NCBI RefSeq assembly: GCF_964188315.1
Contig: NC_135657.1
Location: 23,250,001 to 23,314,000, forward strand
DNA: 64,000 bases
Reading direction: 5' to 3'
DNA from: Podarcis muralis
Lineage: Eukaryota
Shown here: positions 59,361 to 64,000 of the stretch, in pieces
How the letters are laid out: the number at the start of each line of letters is the position of its first letter
How positions within the stretch are numbered: the stretch's first letter is position 1
The notes under the pieces: generated by a model
Database searches by the model: none
Seen by the model: only the letters and a program-made list of their open reading frames with translations
What the model was told of the DNA's origin: nothing
Program-made: the position numbers and the translations under genes

Positions 59361-59404
<44 letters not shown>

Positions 59405-62334
59405 GAAATTCAGGGCAGTCCCTCAAAGTGCCACAAAACTTTTTGTTGCACAGACTTTGCCTGGGCATTGTCTGGGAGAGCAGTCTGGATCGCCAACCCA
59501 TCTGGACCAGATACTTCTGCATGGCAAGAACATCTGACTCAGCCCTCACTCTCCAATACCAACACAACAGCCAATACGAAATCTATAAAGGGATGAAAGT
59601 TCCAGGTGAAGAGTCAGCCAGTAAAGATAAAGGAAAAAGGAACTGCTGTGCGTATGCTTTCTTTTATGCTGAAAACGGTTAACAAGCCTTTGAATGCGGC
59701 TAGAATGTTATCATAAACTTTCTACTTTTTTTCCTAACTGCCAAACAAGTGTATAAATGCAGGGGGGAAACATATAGCCTACTCTGTTCAGACATTCTCT
59801 GGGGTGGATTGATAGCAGGCTGCATTTGCTTTTATGAGAAACCAAAGAAAAATACTAAGCTGGATCAACCTGAATTACTGAACACCTTGGGAGTTAAGTC
59901 AAGCTTAAAATTGCTTAAGTCTGCTAAGTAGCTTAAATAAACAAATCAAAAATAATACTCTGAGGTTTCAGACAGTGTTTTTTTTTTTCCCTTGCCAGGC
60001 CTATCTGGAGATGCTAGGTATGAAAACGACAACCCTTTGCATTCAAAGAATGTTCCCTTCCCTTAAAGCATCCCAGTTTTCTGTGAATATGTATTACAAC
60101 CATTTCCACCAGTTTATAGAGCCTTCATACTTGGAAGCATATGCTTGTCTTTGTCATAAGACTTAGATGGAAGTACATAAGTGATAATGAAAACAGTACA
60201 TTTCAAAATTATTCGGTAGAATTTCTTAGAAGCTTATGTAGACTGGATAGAAGGCAAATTATCCCCTCTTAGCATTTTTCCTTTGCACAATCATATTTTG
60301 TCTCTCCCCCTTTTTAAAAGAGATATGTATGGGCAGAGGAGAGGGTGGGCATTCCATGGCACAAGTGTAAATCCTTGCACTCATGGGCCATGTTAGTTGG
60401 ATACCACCTTTAAAACTACATGTCTCAACAACTGTGACACACTTGGGAGTGGCAGGGGGTGGGGAGGCTTTTATTGTAAAAATCTTTGAAAACGTTTCAG
60501 TGCTATTGTTGGCAACCGTCTGTCTCAAGAGAGAATGGAGTGCACCTCTGGGGGTGGAGTCAAGCCACTGCGTTAGCAGCACTGAAGTGACCTCCCCAGG
60601 CACAAGCTTGAGCAGCGTGTATGGAGGTCCTCAGCTGCACAGAAGACAAGACTCCATCTCGGCCTCACTGATGTCGTCCAAAGGAAAGCAGAGTAATATG
60701 TCTGGCACCAGCTTAGCTGCAGGAGTTGCCAGGAGGCGGCGTATAAGTCCTTAGGACTCCACTCTGGACTTGTGTAGGGTTCACACCTTAGCCTTTTCTT
60801 CTCCCAAAGATATCCCACAAAGCAGTGAAGGTTTAGGATCGAAGTTTTCTTCTCCTTAATAGGCTATCGTCCCAGGTTGATGAACCCCATCTGCCCCTCT
60901 ATAGGACATGCAGAAACCACCTTCTTGACTGTTGGACCCACTATTGGTCTTGTTTGTGCAATCCATCAGAGTCTTTCTTCACATGCAGGGGAAGTCTCTA
61001 ACTCACCAAGAGTTTGAAATCCATCGGCTATCCTCACCTAGTTCAGCTGGCGAATCTTAGCCATTCCTCCCAGTTAAACAGAGGCAAATTTCTAATTTTC
61101 AGCTTCAAAAGCAGCTGAATTCCATTAGGTTGAAAACTGCAACCATTCAGCAAGCACAAAACGCCTGTGTGTTCTTAAAATGCTGCCACCTTCCCTTACT
61201 TCTTCATGACCTCATTAGCTTCCTGTGAGAATTGTATCTAAATTGCCTAGGTAAGGTCAGCCACGGACTGGGCATTATCTGCAGCCTATAAACCTGAACT
61301 TCATTACTGTGGCATGCTTGAACCTGCTCCCGCTTCCCAGCTTTCAGCTCTCATCCACTGTTAATTAGCTCTACAGCGACTCCCCACTTACCAACTTCTG
61401 TCCCCTCCTGTTCATCATAAAACAACGAAACAATTATGTATCTAATCCACCAAAAGCCAAGGAGGCCACCAAGCAGGTGCCCATCATTCCTAGACCTTCT
61501 CCAGATCAATAGTTCTCCTCCTCCCAGCTACAGTTATCATTGCTGGGAGCCAGTGGTATCTATCAGAGGGAGAAAAGCCAAAACCAGCCAACTACATATT
61601 GTACCTGGTCCTATGCAACACTCTATGCAGCAAGAAACTGTATCCTGGATGCAGCCATGCCACACGTGATTCCCTGAACCTCATTCCCTCTATTCAGTTC
61701 TACCAGGGACTGAAGATATTTGGTAGGAAGCAGCTACATGGTCTCTTGATTTTCACATAAAAATCAGGGCTGTTGCGCTTGGAGAACACTTTGCTACACC
61801 CCTTAGAGGCCCATTGTGACATGTTTCCACAACTCTTTGAGGATGAAGTAACTCTCCTTCAGCACCATATTGATGGGATAGTTACAGCAGCTTCTAATGA
61901 GGTGTCCAACACTATTAGTGGGATCAATTTCAGCTGACGTGGCATGGTGATACAAAGTGCTTGAAGTGACACACTCAACTATGTGCCTCTCTTGCGAGCA
62001 AGATATGACTGGTTGGGCACAAGGGGTGGTTTACATCTTGACACCTGGTTACCACTGGTCCCACTCATCTGCCAGACAGGCCGGCTTAGGATAGGGGAGG
62101 TCAGGATCCTGTACCAGCTGCATTCTGTTCCCTGCCCCTGTTTTATGCCCTTGGTGTGTTTCCTGCTTCGGCTGCTTGTATAAGCTTGCTTTTCACTGTC
62201 CCCCTCCCCTTACATTGCTTCCTTATTTGAATCATTGTTATTACTATTTTTACTGGTCACTCCCCTAAAAGCCTTACTGTTGAAAGTATGAGTTTATTTT
62301 TAAGATTGTCCTCTTTCCTCCTCCAGAAAGTTGG

Positions 62335-62720
62335 CTCAATGTCATGGAAATGGAAATCCCCAAGGATGTGCTCTATGGGGAGCGGGCTTCAGGCACCAGG
62401 CCCATCGGCAGACCAACTCTTTGCTACAAAGAATGAGACATGCAAATAAGACATGAAGGCTGCCAACATTAACCTCGCCATGTGGGAATCCCTTGCGGAC
62501 CACCTGAGTGCCTAGAGACAGGGTCAGGTCATGTATCCATAGGAAGATCCATTCTTCACAGGAAGAATGGCTGCTAGGAAGAATAGAGAAGACACACAAT
62601 GGTGCATCTGCAGCAGCACAACTGGACGCCTTTGTCTGCCTCAGCTGCAACACAACAGGTCTCTCCTGTATCAGTCTCTACAGCTACAGCAGGTGCCGTA
62701 CCTCTCTAACAGTTTGACTT
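62335..62720 (+). mobile_element. RTE-clade LINE fragment (ORF C-terminus)
   Basis: Frameshifted remnant resembling IPKDVLYGE..SGTRPIGRPTL..K..MKAANINLAMWESLAD. Confidence 0.7.
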
Positions 62721-64000
62721 CACCCCCAAAGACACACAGAATGCCAACAAAATATTAAAGGATTCCCAAGTTGGTTTAGAAAAGCTTTCAATCTCTTTAT
62801 CTACCTTATTAGTGTCATTCCCTTCCTCCAAGGAGCTGAGGGCAACATGCATGAGACACTGATAGATTACAGTTCTCATCACCCCTGACCATCAGGGATT
62901 CTAGCTGGACTGCCAGGACCTCTGGAGGAACACAGGATCTCCAACCCCATGAGATGAATTCAGCTGAAAGGCACTGACTTACCTGTAATATCCCTAGTTT
63001 CCTGTATGCATTTTGTAGGAAGATACTAAGAGTTCTCCCATGCCTTATAAATCTGAATGCAAGACATGATACATAAATACAAAGCACTTCTACTGGAGCA
63101 TGCAAAACTCTAGGTACAAAATGACACAAAGCTGGTAAACAGATGTATTTACACAGGGTGGAGGTCTGCAGAATAAAATCCCCTTTACAAGAGCTTTGCT
63201 TTCCCAAATCTCATTAATATATTAACAAGCCATTCACTAAAATAAGCCTATTGTGTGCTTATGACAATATAAAACTTTTGCTCTGTACTTAAAGAGTTGA
63301 CACTAATCTGGTTAATGAGACGCTCGTGAACAGGAGTCAACTACTAATTATACACTGTCATTCACAAAAGGGAGAAATGGCTATTATGTCAAGGAAAGGA
63401 ACTCATTATTAGTGTTCCTTTATGTCCTCGCCCCCAGGGTGGGAGAGGCACAGCATGTCTTCCTCAAAATAAAACCAAATAAAGCAGAATTATTAGATGA
63501 CCACCGTTAAAGAAAGACAACAGAAGGTTTGTTTGTTCAATCTTCTGCTTATTTGTTTCAAGAAGTTCAGAGAAGCTCACATTAAACTGCTAGGCAGGCT
63601 TCGCTCCACTCTATCTCTGAATAACAGATGATAGGACATAACTATGACAAACAGCTGTTGCATTTATGCTCTGCTCTTCAGCTTCCTAGAGGCATCTGCA
63701 AGGCCATGGCCAAAGTCAAAAAGAAGATGCTGAACTCAATGGAATTTTAGCCTCGTCTTGTGTTCAGGTACTCTGTGCTGTTAATTCCTTGTTATTCAGA
63801 GCTTAACGAAACGTCCAACACTTTTAAGCAGCTCAGGGGCTGAATCACAAGGAACTTATGACATTCCATTCCATTATTTGTTTACTTCTCCAGTTTTCGC
63901 AACCTGAAGTTTACATTGCCCAAGTGTAACGTAAGCCAAGGTGCTACTGTACACTTGTTGAATGCACAATGTGAATACCCCTATTTTTAAGAGACTTGTC

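Noticed and set aside
60550-61000. Possible retroelement 5'UTR remnant (similar impression at about 31260-31450 and 61700-61980)
   Set aside because: It looks repeat-like, but I cannot assign a family, boundaries or TSD from the sequence alone.
52334-64000. MTA3 exons 1-3
   Set aside because: I looked by eye for the expected GNVEAKVVCFYRRRDIS and YVYFENSSSNPYLIRRI coding sequences and did not find them; they are probably upstream of the window.

Overview
Vertebrate genomic DNA, almost certainly from a lacertid lizard: it carries lacertid-type Sauria SINEs, a Squam3-like SINE, and squamate CR1, L2, L1, RTE and hAT/Tc1 MITEs. The only protein-coding gene I can support is MTA3 (NuRD subunit, MTA family) on the minus strand. 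Twelve consecutive exons (about exons 4-15 by human numbering) lie between 52333 and 2058; all have GT-AG boundaries and their phases join into one reading frame covering the end of the BAH domain, ELM2, SANT, the GATA-type zinc finger and an RBBP4-binding region. The 5' exons and last exons were not found and are presumably outside the window. The rest is intron, with dense and often nested transposon insertions and one 145-N gap. Best leads: (1) a ~570-bp intragenic duplication at 21.2 kb of sequence from 50.7-51.3 kb, spliced into a second SINE at a 4-bp microhomology; (2) a 779-bp non-autonomous hAT with a perfect 8-bp TSD carrying CpG-island-like cargo in intron 7; (3) a 19-bp inverted repeat in intron 14 that pairs fully only on the MTA3 sense strand and overlaps a candidate 7-nt poison microexon; (4) a decayed Penelope-type minimal hammerhead ribozyme in a short TSD-flanked element; (5) the intron-14 read-through C-terminus CKMFLNS* with a downstream AATAAA. 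All family names and homologies come from recall and manual reading, not database searches.
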